Source: Alphaproteobacteria bacterium
GTDB lineage: Bacteria; Pseudomonadota; Alphaproteobacteria; MPNO01
Length of the DNA: 64,000 bases
Assembly: GCA_965231875.1 (NCBI GenBank)
Contig: CBDDOM010000002.1
Location: 2,627,942 to 2,691,941, forward strand
Reading direction: 5' to 3'
Below, piece after piece: positions 27,725 through 40,850 of this stretch. Below the pieces are notes generated by a model that was given only the letters and a program-made list of their open reading frames with translations, was not told the DNA's origin and searched no databases. Numbering within the stretch: the stretch's first letter is position 1; each line of letters begins with the position of its first letter. A program made the translations under genes and the position numbers.

Positions 27725-28099
27725 CTACTCCGCGGCGGAATCGAGCACGCTCTGCGGCGTGGAAGAGACGATCTCCGCGTAGGTCGGCACGAACGCGCCC
27801 TGCTCCAGGTCCTCGATCAGGGTGACGAATTCGAGGTTCATCGCGGCGAGCTGCTGGCGGATCTTCGCGTGCACCTCGATGTCCGACCATTCGCCGATCA
27901 GATAGAAATGGTCCGGATCCTCGGTGTCGCGGCACAGCACCCCGTCCTTCACCTGGGCCGGCGATTTGTGCATCGGGTTACCGTCGGAATAGTCGAACTC
28001 GTCGAACTTCTCGATGAATTCGTCCCCGGCGCCCGGCTTTACCCGGAAATCGTAGACGTGGAAGTAGTTCCCCTTGGCGGCAAGCGCGACCAGCGGCAT
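27725..28099 (-). CDS. ABM-domain (antibiotic-biosynthesis-monooxygenase-like) small protein
   Basis: 124 aa. YFHVYDFRVKPGAGDEF...HFYLIGEWSDIEVHAKI is a ferredoxin-like ABM pattern. Strong GGGGAGAAGG RBS. First gene of the TRAP operon. Confidence 0.5.
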   Translation of the reverse strand: MPLVALAAKGNYFHVYDFRVKPGAGDEFIEKFDEFDYSDGNPMHKSPAQVKDGVLCRDTEDPDHFYLIGEWSDIEVHAKIRQQLAAMNLEFVTLIEDLEQGAFVPTYAEIVSSTPQSVLDSAAE

Positions 28100-28409
28100 G
28101 GCCTTCTCCCCTATGGCGGCAGTTTCCGGTGCGAGACTAGCCCATTTTCGCGCCGGGTCGAACCGGGGCGGCGCAACCGTCATTTCGACCGGAGCGCAGC
28201 GAGCGGAGAAATCTTCCCGCCGCGACGCTGCATCGGGCGTGACAGATATCTCCGCTCCGCCTCCCTCCGGTCGGCTCCGGTCGATATGACGACGGGGAGA
28301 TCGGATCGGTGCGACAAGAGGAGGTTGGGGGTTTGACTAGGCCCGCTTGTTGACACTCCCGACAGGTCGCCCCTAGGGTTTCCGCGCGTATTGGCACGGG
28401 GGAAGCACG

Positions 28410-29462
28410 GTGCTGCTCAGGAACCAATGGTACGTCGCAGCCTGGTCTGAGGATGTCGGCCGGACGCCGCTCGGCCGGGTGCTGCTGAACGAGTACGTCG
28501 TGCTTTTCCGCGGGCTGGATGGGACGGTCGTCGCGCTGGAGAACCGCTGCGCGCACCGCAACCTGCCGCTGTCCGAGGGGCGGCTGATCGGCGACGAGGT
28601 CGAATGCGGCTATCACGGGCTGGTGTTCGGCCGCGACGGTGTCTGCACCCACGTTCCGGGACAGGAGGACGTGCCGGGCTGGGCAAGGGTCAAGTCCTAT
28701 CCCGTGGCCGAACGCGACCGCTGGGTGTTCGTCTGGATGGGCGACCCGGAAGACGCCGACCCCGCCCTGGTTCCGGACTACCACGCGAAGCTCGCCGATC
28801 CCGACTGGTACGCGGTCACCGGCCAGACGCTGGTCAAGGGCGGCTACCGGCTGGTGCTCGACAACCTGCTCGACCTCTCGCACCTCACCTACGTCCATTC
28901 GTCCACCACCGGGAACCGAGCCCTGGCGGAGGAGGCGACGCTGATCGTCGAGACCGGGGACGATTTCGTCCGCGTCACCCGCTGGATGGAGGGGATCCCG
29001 CCGGCGCCGGCCTTCATCCAGTACACCGGCGACGACGGGCCGATCGACCGCTGGCAGGTCTCGAAATACATCCCGCCGTCCTACATCGACATCTGCAACG
29101 GCTCGACCGCGGCGGGCGAGGGGCTGCCGCAGGAAGAACGGCCCGGGAGCCAGGGGCGCTGGGGCTTCGTCGTCTACCACGCGCTGACGCCCGAGACCGA
29201 GACCGCCACTCACCAGTTCTACGCGGTGGCGGGCCACCGCTCGATGGTGCCCTCCCACATGGAGGCGCTGTTCACCGAGCAGATGATGGGGGTGCTCGCC
29301 GAGGACCTCGTGGTCTACGAGGCCCAGCAGCGCGCGATCGACCTCGACCCGGAGATGAAGGGCGAGGACGTCAACCCGCGCGGCACCATCCCGGCCGACG
29401 ACCCCCTGCTCCGCATGCGGCGCATGATCCGCCGGCTGCACGGCGAGGAGCAGCGGGCATGA
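28410..29462 (+). CDS. Rieske [2Fe-2S] non-heme-iron oxygenase, VanA/GbcA-like alpha subunit (single-component type)
   Basis: CAHRNLPLSEG...CGYHG Rieske CxH...CxxH motif and a C-terminal mononuclear-iron domain. Apparent GTG start. Confidence 0.75.
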   Translation: MLLRNQWYVAAWSEDVGRTPLGRVLLNEYVVLFRGLDGTVVALENRCAHRNLPLSEGRLIGDEVECGYHGLVFGRDGVCTHVPGQEDVPGWARVKSYPVAERDRWVFVWMGDPEDADPALVPDYHAKLADPDWYAVTGQTLVKGGYRLVLDNLLDLSHLTYVHSSTTGNRALAEEATLIVETGDDFVRVTRWMEGIPPAPAFIQYTGDDGPIDRWQVSKYIPPSYIDICNGSTAAGEGLPQEERPGSQGRWGFVVYHALTPETETATHQFYAVAGHRSMVPSHMEALFTEQMMGVLAEDLVVYEAQQRAIDLDPEMKGEDVNPRGTIPADDPLLRMRRMIRRLHGEEQRA

Positions 29463-29481
29463 CGAGACGCGCCGGCCGGCC

Positions 29482-29967
29482 GTGACGCAGGACCTTCCCG
29501 AACTCGACCACGAGCGCTTCCTGCGCCTGACCTTCGCGCTCGCCGAGAGGTCGCGGCGCGAGGGCAACCATCCCTTCGCCGCGATCCTGGTCGGACCCGA
29601 CGGCGATATCCTGATGGAGGCGATGAACGCCTTCGGGGTCGAGGGCGACTCCACCGGCCACGCCGAGCGCACGCTGATGACGCGGGCCTCTATCGCCTAC
29701 GGAGCCGATTTCCTCTCCCGCTGCACCATGTACGCGAATGCCGAGCCCTGCGCGATGTGCGCCGGCGCGGCCTACTGGGCCGGAATAGGACGGGTGGTCC
29801 ACGGGATGAGCGAGAAGGCGCTCAAGGCGCTGATCGGCCCGCACCCCGAAAACCTCACCCTCGATCTCCCATGCCGCGAGGTATTCGCCGCCGGACAGCG
29901 GAAGGTCGAAGTCGTCGGGCCGTTGCTGGCGGAGGAGTCCGCCAAGGCTCACGAGGGGTTCTGGTAG
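29482..29967 (+). CDS. Nucleoside deaminase (CMP/dCMP-deaminase zinc-binding family), paralog 2
   Basis: HAERTLM and EPCAMC zinc-binding motifs. GTG start 20 nt after the Rieske gene stop. Confidence 0.7.
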   Translation: MTQDLPELDHERFLRLTFALAERSRREGNHPFAAILVGPDGDILMEAMNAFGVEGDSTGHAERTLMTRASIAYGADFLSRCTMYANAEPCAMCAGAAYWAGIGRVVHGMSEKALKALIGPHPENLTLDLPCREVFAAGQRKVEVVGPLLAEESAKAHEGFW

Positions 29968-30017
29968 GGGTGCGAATCCCGCCCGGCGTGTTGAATGTCA
30001 CGGACGTCTGACTTAGG

Positions 30018-30221
30018 TTGAACGGCATGGTGGAGAAGAGGAAAGCGGCGGTTCCGCCTCCGGACAAGCCTCGCCGGCCGGATGACTGGCGCGAGCAGAT
30101 CAAGGCCGACTTGGCGGCACAGCTTGAGGCCGGCGCGACTCTCTACGGCGTTCGCTCGGACGGCGCCTATATCGCGCGAACCAAGCACGGCGACCGGGTT
30201 GTCTCGCTGCCCGTCGATTAG
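30018..30221 (+). CDS. Small hypothetical protein (possible partner/antitoxin of the downstream zeta-like kinase)
   Basis: 67-aa ORF immediately upstream of the P-loop kinase pseudogene. No recognisable motif. Confidence 0.3.
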   Translation: MNGMVEKRKAAVPPPDKPRRPDDWREQIKADLAAQLEAGATLYGVRSDGAYIARTKHGDRVVSLPVD

Positions 30222-30254
30222 ACCGCCCGATTTTTCTAACAGGCGTTTCCCGCC

Positions 30255-30856
30255 ATGCCGACGCTTGTCGTTGTCGCCGGTCCCAACGGTTGCGGCAAAT
30301 CCACCCTGACGCGTACGAGGTGGTTCCATGGGGTGGAGGTGATCGACCCCGACGCGATAGGTGCGCGGCACTCTCGCGGAGGCGGGACGGGAAGCGGTGC
30401 GGCGGCGTCGGAGTGCGCTTGCGGCCCGCAGGACGCTCTTGGTGGAAACCACCCTTGCAGGCAACGGCGTACTCCGCCTGATGGAGGACGCGCGTACAAC
30501 CGGCTATTGGATCGAACTGCACTACGTGTGCCTGGGTTCGCCGGCGCAGGCGCTCAACCGCGTTCGCACCCGCGTCACGATGGGCGGGCACGATGTTCCG
30601 GAAGCGGACCTACGGCGTCGCTTTGTACGGTCGCTGGCCAACCTGCCGGCGGGCGATCGGGCGGTCCGACGAGGTGCGCCTGTACGACAACAGCGATCCT
30701 GACTTGCCTCACCGCGAGGTCGCGATCCTCACGGCCGATACATGGTGGAACGCCGAAATTCTTCCGGACTGGGCCGCGACGGCGATCGGACACGTCGCGC
30801 CGCCGCGCGGGCGACCGGGCCTCGCGATGTCTTCTCCACAACAAACGGAACGATAG
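30255..30856 (+). pseudogene. Zeta-toxin-like P-loop NTPase (about 190-aa family), disrupted by two +1 frameshifts
   Basis: Frame 0 carries the Walker A motif MPTLVVVAGPNGCGKST (30255-~30360). Frame +1 carries LVETTLAG...YWIELHYVCLGSPAQALNRVRTRVTMGGHDVPEADLRRRF (~30361-30645). Frame +2 carries RLYDNSDPDLPHREVAIL (~30645-30856). Together these reconstitute the usual single-ORF architecture of the family. Confidence 0.6.
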
Positions 30857-30864
30857 GAACCAGG

Positions 30865-31632
30865 ATGACTTTGCTCGAAGGACACCGCGCGGCGGTCACC
30901 GGCGGAGGATCGGGGATCGGGCGCGCGATCGCGCTGGGCTATGCGGAGCAGGGCGCTGAAATCGTCGTACTCGACATCGACGGCGAAGCGGCCAAGGCGG
31001 TGCGCGACGAGATCGCGGGTGCCGGACATGCCGCGCACGCGGTTACGTTGGATGTACGCGACCGCGCGGCCTGCGTCGCGGCCGCCGGCGACATCGAAAG
31101 CTCCATCGGCGCGATCTCGATCCTCGTCAACAACGCCGGGATCAACCGCCGCAATCCGGTCACCGGCGACGCGGAGACCGTGGCGGGCGACTGGGACGAC
31201 ATCATGAGCGTCAACCTCGACGGCGTGTTCAACGTCACCCGGGCTTTCCTCGATCAGCTCCGCGCCAGCCGGGGGCGGGTGGTCAATATCGGCTCGATCC
31301 AGTCCTTCCTGCATGTCAGGACGCCCAACAGCATCGCCTATACGACCTCCAAGCACGGCGTGCTCGGCTTCACCCGCGCGCTCGCCGCCGAGCTCGGCAA
31401 GGACGGGGTGCGGGTCAACGCGGTCGGCCCCGGACTGATCGAGACCCCGCTCAACGCCGCCGCGAGAGCCCGCAACCCGGAGCTCGTGCAACTCTTCCTC
31501 GACCACACGCCGCTCGGGCGGACCGGCAAGCCCGAAGACATCGTGGGGCCGGCCATCTTCCTCGCCTCCGACCTCGCCGGCTACGTGACCGGGGGCATCG
31601 TCATGGCCGACGGGGGGTATCGGGCGATCTAG
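30865..31632 (+). CDS. SDR-family oxidoreductase
   Basis: AAVTGGGSGIGRA, NNAGI and the YTTSK catalytic motif. Confidence 0.75.
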   Translation: MTLLEGHRAAVTGGGSGIGRAIALGYAEQGAEIVVLDIDGEAAKAVRDEIAGAGHAAHAVTLDVRDRAACVAAAGDIESSIGAISILVNNAGINRRNPVTGDAETVAGDWDDIMSVNLDGVFNVTRAFLDQLRASRGRVVNIGSIQSFLHVRTPNSIAYTTSKHGVLGFTRALAAELGKDGVRVNAVGPGLIETPLNAAARARNPELVQLFLDHTPLGRTGKPEDIVGPAIFLASDLAGYVTGGIVMADGGYRAI

Positions 31633-31683
31633 GACCTGTCCGGTCCAGGTTTCGCCCCTTCGTCATTTCGACGGGAGCCGGCC

Positions 31684-32340
31684 CTAGAGGATGGGAGACC
31701 GTCGGCGGCCGAGTCCGGCGGGGGTACGGAACGGTTCGGAGAGCCGGTCCGATACCCTCGCCGCGCCTGCGCGCAGTTTCCGGATCCTCAGCACGTCGGA
31801 GAGCCGGCGCCGGAGGAAGTCATGCACGACCTCGCCGCCCGCGGAGCGGTCTTCGAGCCAAACCAGTGTCGTGGTGCCGAGCACGCCGGCAAGCAGCGCA
31901 CGCTTGGTATAGAAGCTGAAATCGTGCGAGCGGTCCCCGGCGGCGCGCCACATGCGGTCGACGGTGCAGCCGTAGCAGGCGAGGCCGAGCGCCGCGTTCT
32001 GCGGCAACCCCGCGAAGGCGACGCCGCGCCGAACGGAATCGCGATAGGGCTCAAGCGCCTCGAACCGCGCCAGCACCGCCCTCTCCACCCGTTCGCCAAG
32101 ACGCAGGCTGTGGGCGCCGCCGGTATCCAGCGCTCCGGCCATGCGGGCATCCGCCCAGTCGTTGAAGGCCCGGAACAGCTCGCGAGGTCCGCCCCGCAGA
32201 ATCCTCCTCGCCTCGACCTCGTCGATGCCAACATCCGCCGCGCCGGCCCGGATCGCCGCCGGGACCCATCCGTCGGACGCAGCATGCCGAACGGCGGCGA
32301 GAACCAGCCGGTCACGGAGGTCGTCGCTAACTTCCGCCAT
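31684..32340 (-). CDS. COQ9-family protein (rpsU-divergently-transcribed-protein-like)
   Basis: About 218 aa. LRDRLVLAAVRHAASDGW and a C-terminal YTKRALLAGVLGTTTLVWLED match the COQ9 pattern. 8 nt upstream of def, so the two are co-operonic. Confidence 0.6.
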   Translation of the reverse strand: MAEVSDDLRDRLVLAAVRHAASDGWVPAAIRAGAADVGIDEVEARRILRGGPRELFRAFNDWADARMAGALDTGGAHSLRLGERVERAVLARFEALEPYRDSVRRGVAFAGLPQNAALGLACYGCTVDRMWRAAGDRSHDFSFYTKRALLAGVLGTTTLVWLEDRSAGGEVVHDFLRRRLSDVLRIRKLRAGAARVSDRLSEPFRTPAGLGRRRSPIL

Positions 32341-32348
32341 GGAAACGT

Positions 32349-32897
32349 TCAGGCATCGCCTCGGGCCGCCTCGGCGAAATGGCGCATCTCGTCCGAGAAG
32401 GTCAACATGCGGAGGTCGTCCATCCGCATCGTGTAGAGAATACCGTCGAGATGGTCGATCTCGTGCTGAACGACGCGGGCGTGGAAACCGCGCGCCTCGC
32501 GCTCTACCGCCCGCCCGTCGGGCGCGGTACCGCGATAGCGGATGCATGCGTGGCGCGGCACCGCGCCGGTAAGACCGGGGATCGAAAGGCACCCCTCCCA
32601 GCCCAGCTCGATATCGTCTCCGACCGGCTCGAAGACCGGATTAACCAGGGCGGTAAGCGGCGTCTCGGCGTCCTCGGATCCGTCCTGGCCCGCTCGCTCG
32701 GCGGGCGCCTTGAAGACGATCACCCGGCGGCCGACATGCACCTGCGGCGCGGCCAGACCGACGCCGTTGGCATCTTCCATGGTCTCGACCATGTCGTCGA
32801 CCAGGCGGCGGATCTCGCGCGAAGTCGGATCGACGACCGGCTCGGCCTGCCCGAGCAGCACGGGATGGCCCATGCGGGCGATCTTCAACAGCGTCAT
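32349..32897 (-). CDS. def: Peptide deformylase
   Basis: GVGLAAPQV, EGCLSIPG and QHEIDHLDG metal-binding motifs. 182 aa. Confidence 0.85.
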   Translation of the reverse strand: MTLLKIARMGHPVLLGQAEPVVDPTSREIRRLVDDMVETMEDANGVGLAAPQVHVGRRVIVFKAPAERAGQDGSEDAETPLTALVNPVFEPVGDDIELGWEGCLSIPGLTGAVPRHACIRYRGTAPDGRAVEREARGFHARVVQHEIDHLDGILYTMRMDDLRMLTFSDEMRHFAEAARGDA

Positions 32898-32975
32898 GTG
32901 CCTAGTATCGTTCCGCCGGGCGTCAAGGTAAACCGCCGCCGGTCGCAGGGAGCCCGGTGGGGCCGGCCGGCTCGG

Positions 32976-33004
32976 TTGACGCGGCGACGCGGGCAGGCTA
33001 CAAG
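32976..33004 (+). promoter_or_regulatory. Putative sigma70-type promoter of rpsT
   Basis: TTGACG, 17 bp, TACAAG, about 36 nt upstream of the rpsT ATG. Sequence pattern only. Confidence 0.4.
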
Positions 33005-33039
33005 CCGTTCCCCGTCCGAACAGGCAACGGATTCGACCG

Positions 33040-33303
33040 ATGGCAAACATAAAATCGGCCAAGAAGCGGACGCGCCGCAACGCCCGCCGCGCCGATATCA
33101 ACGGCGCCCGCCGCGGCCGTGTCCGTACCTATGTGAAGAAGGTCGAAGCCGCGCTCGACGAGGGCAACAAGACCGCGGCGGAAGAGGCTCTCAAAGCCGC
33201 CCAGCCCGAGCTGATGCGCGGCGTATCCAAGGGCATCCTTCACCGCAACATGGCCGCCCGGAAGGTCGCGCGGCTGAACGCGAGGCTCAAGGCTCTCGGC
33301 TAG
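33040..33303 (+). CDS. rpsT: 30S ribosomal protein S20
   Basis: [17 protein letters not shown]... is the S20 signature. 87 aa. Confidence 0.9.
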   Translation: MANIKSAKKRTRRNARRADINGARRGRVRTYVKKVEAALDEGNKTAAEEALKAAQPELMRGVSKGILHRNMAARKVARLNARLKALG

Positions 33304-33913
33304 AGCCTGTCCGACTCCGGAGAAACCGTTCCCGCCGCCATCCCGAATCCAACACGGCCGGCGGCGGCGGGGAACTGGAGGCGCTGCAAACTATCCCCGA
33401 TTTCCACAGCGGGACTAATGGCCGACGGAAGCCGCGCTGTCCTTCGCTTTGCGCGCTTCTCGCGCCGACCGAGCCGCCCGGCGGGCGACTTTTTTTCGCA
33501 ATAATTCGTCCGACCGGCCACGCCGGCGTTGCAAGTCTCTCCCGGGGCAGCTACTGTTTTGCAGTTGGGCAGCGTGGGGATGTCCTCGAAACAATAAAAA
33601 AACAGGCAAGACATTCTCTCTACTTGCGAAATCCGCGCAATACTATCGCAACACGGGACGAATACCTGACGATCGGTGTCGTTTTATTTCCTCAAAATGA
33701 GGACGGGCTAGCTTTGGGGCCAAGGTGAGCGGGTTGGAATCGCTGATACGAAACGGGCCTTGGGCCGGTCCGACGTGCATCGGATCGATGTTGGGCCGGC
33801 GGTCGCCGGCCGGTAACAAAGGCGCGGCGGCTATCGATGTGAATCGTTCGGCGAACGGTCGCGCGCTCGTCCTGTTTCCCACGAACGAATCCTGATTCCG
33901 GCGGGCGCGAAGC
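33304..33913. promoter_or_regulatory. dnaA upstream region: candidate oriC / dnaA autoregulatory region
   Basis: A 610-bp non-coding gap in an otherwise densely packed region. It has a locally AT-rich stretch (about 33585-33700: ...gaaacaataaaaaaacagg...tcgttttatttcctcaaaatgagg...). Only weak DnaA-box-like 7/9 matches, for example atttccaca at about 33405. Confidence 0.3.
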
Positions 33914-35326
33914 ATGGACTCGCGGATATCTGCGCAATGGGCACGGGTCAGGGGCTTGCTTCGCGCCGAAGTCGGCGACTCGTCCTATCGCAGTTGGCTC
34001 AAGCCGCTGACGCTGCTCGGCGTCGACGGGCATGTGGTGCGCGTCGGAACGCCGACCCGTTTCATGCGGGACTACGTGAACGAGAATTTCGCCAAGCGCA
34101 TCCTTGAGCTCTGGATCGACGAGAACGACGCGATCGAGAAGCTGGACGTCGAGATCCAGGTCGAGCCGGCCAAGCGTGAGCGCAAGCGTTTGGCGGCGAC
34201 GCCGGCCCAACCGCCGGCACAGAGCCCCAATCCGACCGATAGCGCAGCTGTTGCCGCCGCGGCCAGACCCAACGGCAACGCGGACGACGGCAACGGGGGA
34301 GAAATCGGCGGTCCGCTCGATCCGCGTTTCGTCTTCGGGAACTTCGTGGTCGGCAAGCCCAACGAACTCGCCTATGCGGCGGCGCGCCGGGTCGCCGAGT
34401 CGCCGACCGCGACCTACAACCCGCTCTTCCTCTATGGCGGGGTGGGGCTCGGCAAGACGCATCTCATGCACGCCATCGGCTGGCACATCCGCAAATGGCA
34501 TTCCAACCGCCGGGTGGTCTACCTGTCGGCCGAGAAGTTCATGAACGAGTTCATCCGGGCGTTGCGTTTTCGGGACACGATGGCGTTCAAGGAGCGGTTC
34601 CGGTCGGTCGATGTGCTGATGATCGACGACGTCCAGTTCATCAACGGCAAGGAAAGCACCCAGGAAGAATTCTTCCATACTTTCAACGACTTGGTCGGAA
34701 ACAACCGGCAGGTGGTGGTGTCGGCCGACAAGTCGCCTTCCGATCTGGAAGGCATGGAGGAGCGGCTTCGCTCGCGGCTCGGCTGGGGGCTGGTGGCCGA
34801 TATCCATGCGACGACCTGCGAATTGAGGGTCGGCATCCTGCAGTCCAAGGCGGAGCATCTCGGTGTCGAGGTATCGCCCAAGGTGCTCGAATTCCTCGCC
34901 CACAAGATCACCACCTCGGTGCGCGAGCTGGAAGGTGCGCTCAACCGGATCGTCGCCCACTCGACGCTGGTCGGGCGCGACATCACGCTCGAAACCTGTC
35001 AAGAGGTGCTGCAGGACCTCCTGCGCGCGCATGAGCGCCGCGTGACGATCGAGGAAATCCAGAAACGGGTGGCGGAATATTTCAACATCCGTTTCACCGA
35101 CATGCATTCGGCGCGCAGGTCGCGCGCCGTCGCCCGGCCCCGCCAGGTGGCGATGTATCTCTCCAAGATGCTCACCCCGCGGTCCCTCCCCGAGATCGGC
35201 CGCAAGTTCGGCGGGCGCGATCACACGACCGTCATGTACGCCGTCCGCAAGGTCGAGGACCTTCGGCAATCCGACCCGAGCTTCGACGAGGACGTGGAAC
35301 TGATCCGCCGAATGCTCGAAGCGTAG
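33914..35326 (+). CDS. dnaA: Chromosomal replication initiator protein DnaA
   Basis: AAA+ Walker A (GGVGLGKTHL). The C-terminal DNA-binding domain reads MYLSKMLTPRSLPEIGRKFGGRDHTTVMYAVRKV. 470 aa. Confidence 0.95.
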   Translation: MDSRISAQWARVRGLLRAEVGDSSYRSWLKPLTLLGVDGHVVRVGTPTRFMRDYVNENFAKRILELWIDENDAIEKLDVEIQVEPAKRERKRLAATPAQPPAQSPNPTDSAAVAAAARPNGNADDGNGGEIGGPLDPRFVFGNFVVGKPNELAYAAARRVAESPTATYNPLFLYGGVGLGKTHLMHAIGWHIRKWHSNRRVVYLSAEKFMNEFIRALRFRDTMAFKERFRSVDVLMIDDVQFINGKESTQEEFFHTFNDLVGNNRQVVVSADKSPSDLEGMEERLRSRLGWGLVADIHATTCELRVGILQSKAEHLGVEVSPKVLEFLAHKITTSVRELEGALNRIVAHSTLVGRDITLETCQEVLQDLLRAHERRVTIEEIQKRVAEYFNIRFTDMHSARRSRAVARPRQVAMYLSKMLTPRSLPEIGRKFGGRDHTTVMYAVRKVEDLRQSDPSFDEDVELIRRMLEA

Positions 35327-35527
35327 TACGGCGGTCGTTTCCGGCATCCGGGCATGCCGCGCGGAACGCGTGATACTTCCCATTGCAGCAACAGGTTCTG
35401 CTATAGTGGCTCCGGTGCGCGCGGCGCTTCGTTCGGGGCGCAATCGAGGTGCCGGACGCCACCCGCCGGTTCGGCGGAACACGCCTGATCCGGACGGAGA
35501 TTTTCCTCAAACGGGGATCCCGGGACG

Positions 35528-36646
35528 ATGAAGCTCACGATCGAACGCGGGGCATTGTTGCGGTCGCTGCAGCACGCTCAGGGCGTCATTGAGCGACGCA
35601 CGACGATACCGATCCTGTCGAACGTATTGCTCAATGCCGACGGGGCGACGCTCTCGCTGACCGCCACGGACATGGATATCGCCATCGTCGAGCGGGTGCC
35701 CTGCACGGTGGCCCAGCCGGGTGCGACGACGGTGCCCGCGCAAACCCTCTTCGACGTGGTGCGCAAGCTGCCGGAGGGCGCCGAGCTGGAGATCGCGAGC
35801 GGCGGCGAACAGAACCAGCTCGTCGTGCGCTGCGGGCGCTCGCGGATATCGCTCGCCACCCTGCCGAGCGAGGACTTCCCGGTGATGAGCGAGGGCGACC
35901 TGCCCCACGCGTTCACCGTCGACGCGAAGGCGCTGCGCGAGATCATCGACCGGACCCGCTTCGCAATGTCGTCCGAAGAGACCCGCTACTACCTCAACGG
36001 CGTCTATGTCCATCCCGCCGAGGGCGAGGAGGAGCCGAAGCTCCGGATCGTAGCCACCGACGGCCACCGACTCGCGCGGGTGGAGCTGGCGCTCCCCGAA
36101 GGAGCGGCGGGGATGCCAGGCGTAATCGTTCCGCGCAAGACGGTCGGCGAGGTCCGGAAACTTATCGACGACGGCGAGGAAGAGGTCGCGATAACCCTGT
36201 CGGACACCAAGATTCGCATCGCCGTCGAGTCGACGGTTCTGACCTCCAAGCTGATCGACGGCACGTTCCCGGACTACGACCGCGTCATCCCGTTCGCCAA
36301 CGACAAGGCGTTGCAGGTCGATCCAAGGAATTTCGCAAAGGCGGTCGACCTGGTCTCGACCATCGCGACGGAGAAAACCCGGGCGATCAAGCTCAGCCTC
36401 GACAACGGATCGCTGGTGCTGTCGGCCTCGAGTCCGGAGGCGGGCAGCGCGGAAGAGCAGCTCGAGGTCGAATACGCGGACGGACCGCTGGAGATCGGCT
36501 TCAACTCGCGCTACCTGCTCGACATCGCCCAACTCATCGGCGATGACGGTGCCAGGTTCATGCTCTCGGACGGGACCTCGCCGACGCTGGTCCGCGACAA
36601 TGCGGATCCCGGCGCGCTTTACGTCCTGATGCCGATGCGCGTTTGA
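35528..36646 (+). CDS. dnaN: DNA polymerase III beta subunit (sliding clamp)
   Basis: 372 aa. N-terminal MKLTIERGALLRSLQHAQGVIERRTTIPILSNVLL. Lies between dnaA and recF. Confidence 0.9.
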   Translation: MKLTIERGALLRSLQHAQGVIERRTTIPILSNVLLNADGATLSLTATDMDIAIVERVPCTVAQPGATTVPAQTLFDVVRKLPEGAELEIASGGEQNQLVVRCGRSRISLATLPSEDFPVMSEGDLPHAFTVDAKALREIIDRTRFAMSSEETRYYLNGVYVHPAEGEEEPKLRIVATDGHRLARVELALPEGAAGMPGVIVPRKTVGEVRKLIDDGEEEVAITLSDTKIRIAVESTVLTSKLIDGTFPDYDRVIPFANDKALQVDPRNFAKAVDLVSTIATEKTRAIKLSLDNGSLVLSASSPEAGSAEEQLEVEYADGPLEIGFNSRYLLDIAQLIGDDGARFMLSDGTSPTLVRDNADPGALYVLMPMRV

Positions 36647-36696
36647 CCCTCCGAGCGCAGGAAACCCGGGAGAACGCATACGCGGGGGCGACGGCC

Positions 36697-40833
<4,137 letters not shown>

Positions 40834-40850
<17 letters not shown>

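Noticed and set aside
24594-27782. 1062-aa plus-strand ORF and the 607-aa minus ORF 24616..26439
   Set aside because: Both are shadow frames across the TRAP dctMQP genes. Their composition is extremely Asp/Arg/Gly/His-biased with no domain signature. The 437-aa TM protein frame is the coherent one.
30255-30856. Calling the zeta-like kinase an intact three-gene set
   Set aside because: The three frames reconstitute one known single-ORF family in the correct order with +1 shifts in G/C runs. It is therefore a pseudogene, or a sequencing artifact, and not three genes.
32379-33728. 449-aa plus-strand ORF spanning the def antisense strand, the rpsT region and the dnaA leader
   Set aside because: It crosses a bona fide gene (rpsT, in a different frame) and the def antisense strand. 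Low-complexity Arg/Pro/Gly-rich translation.
33692-35482. 596-aa minus-strand ORF overlapping dnaA
   Set aside because: It is antisense to the unambiguous dnaA (Walker A, DnaA C-terminal domain).
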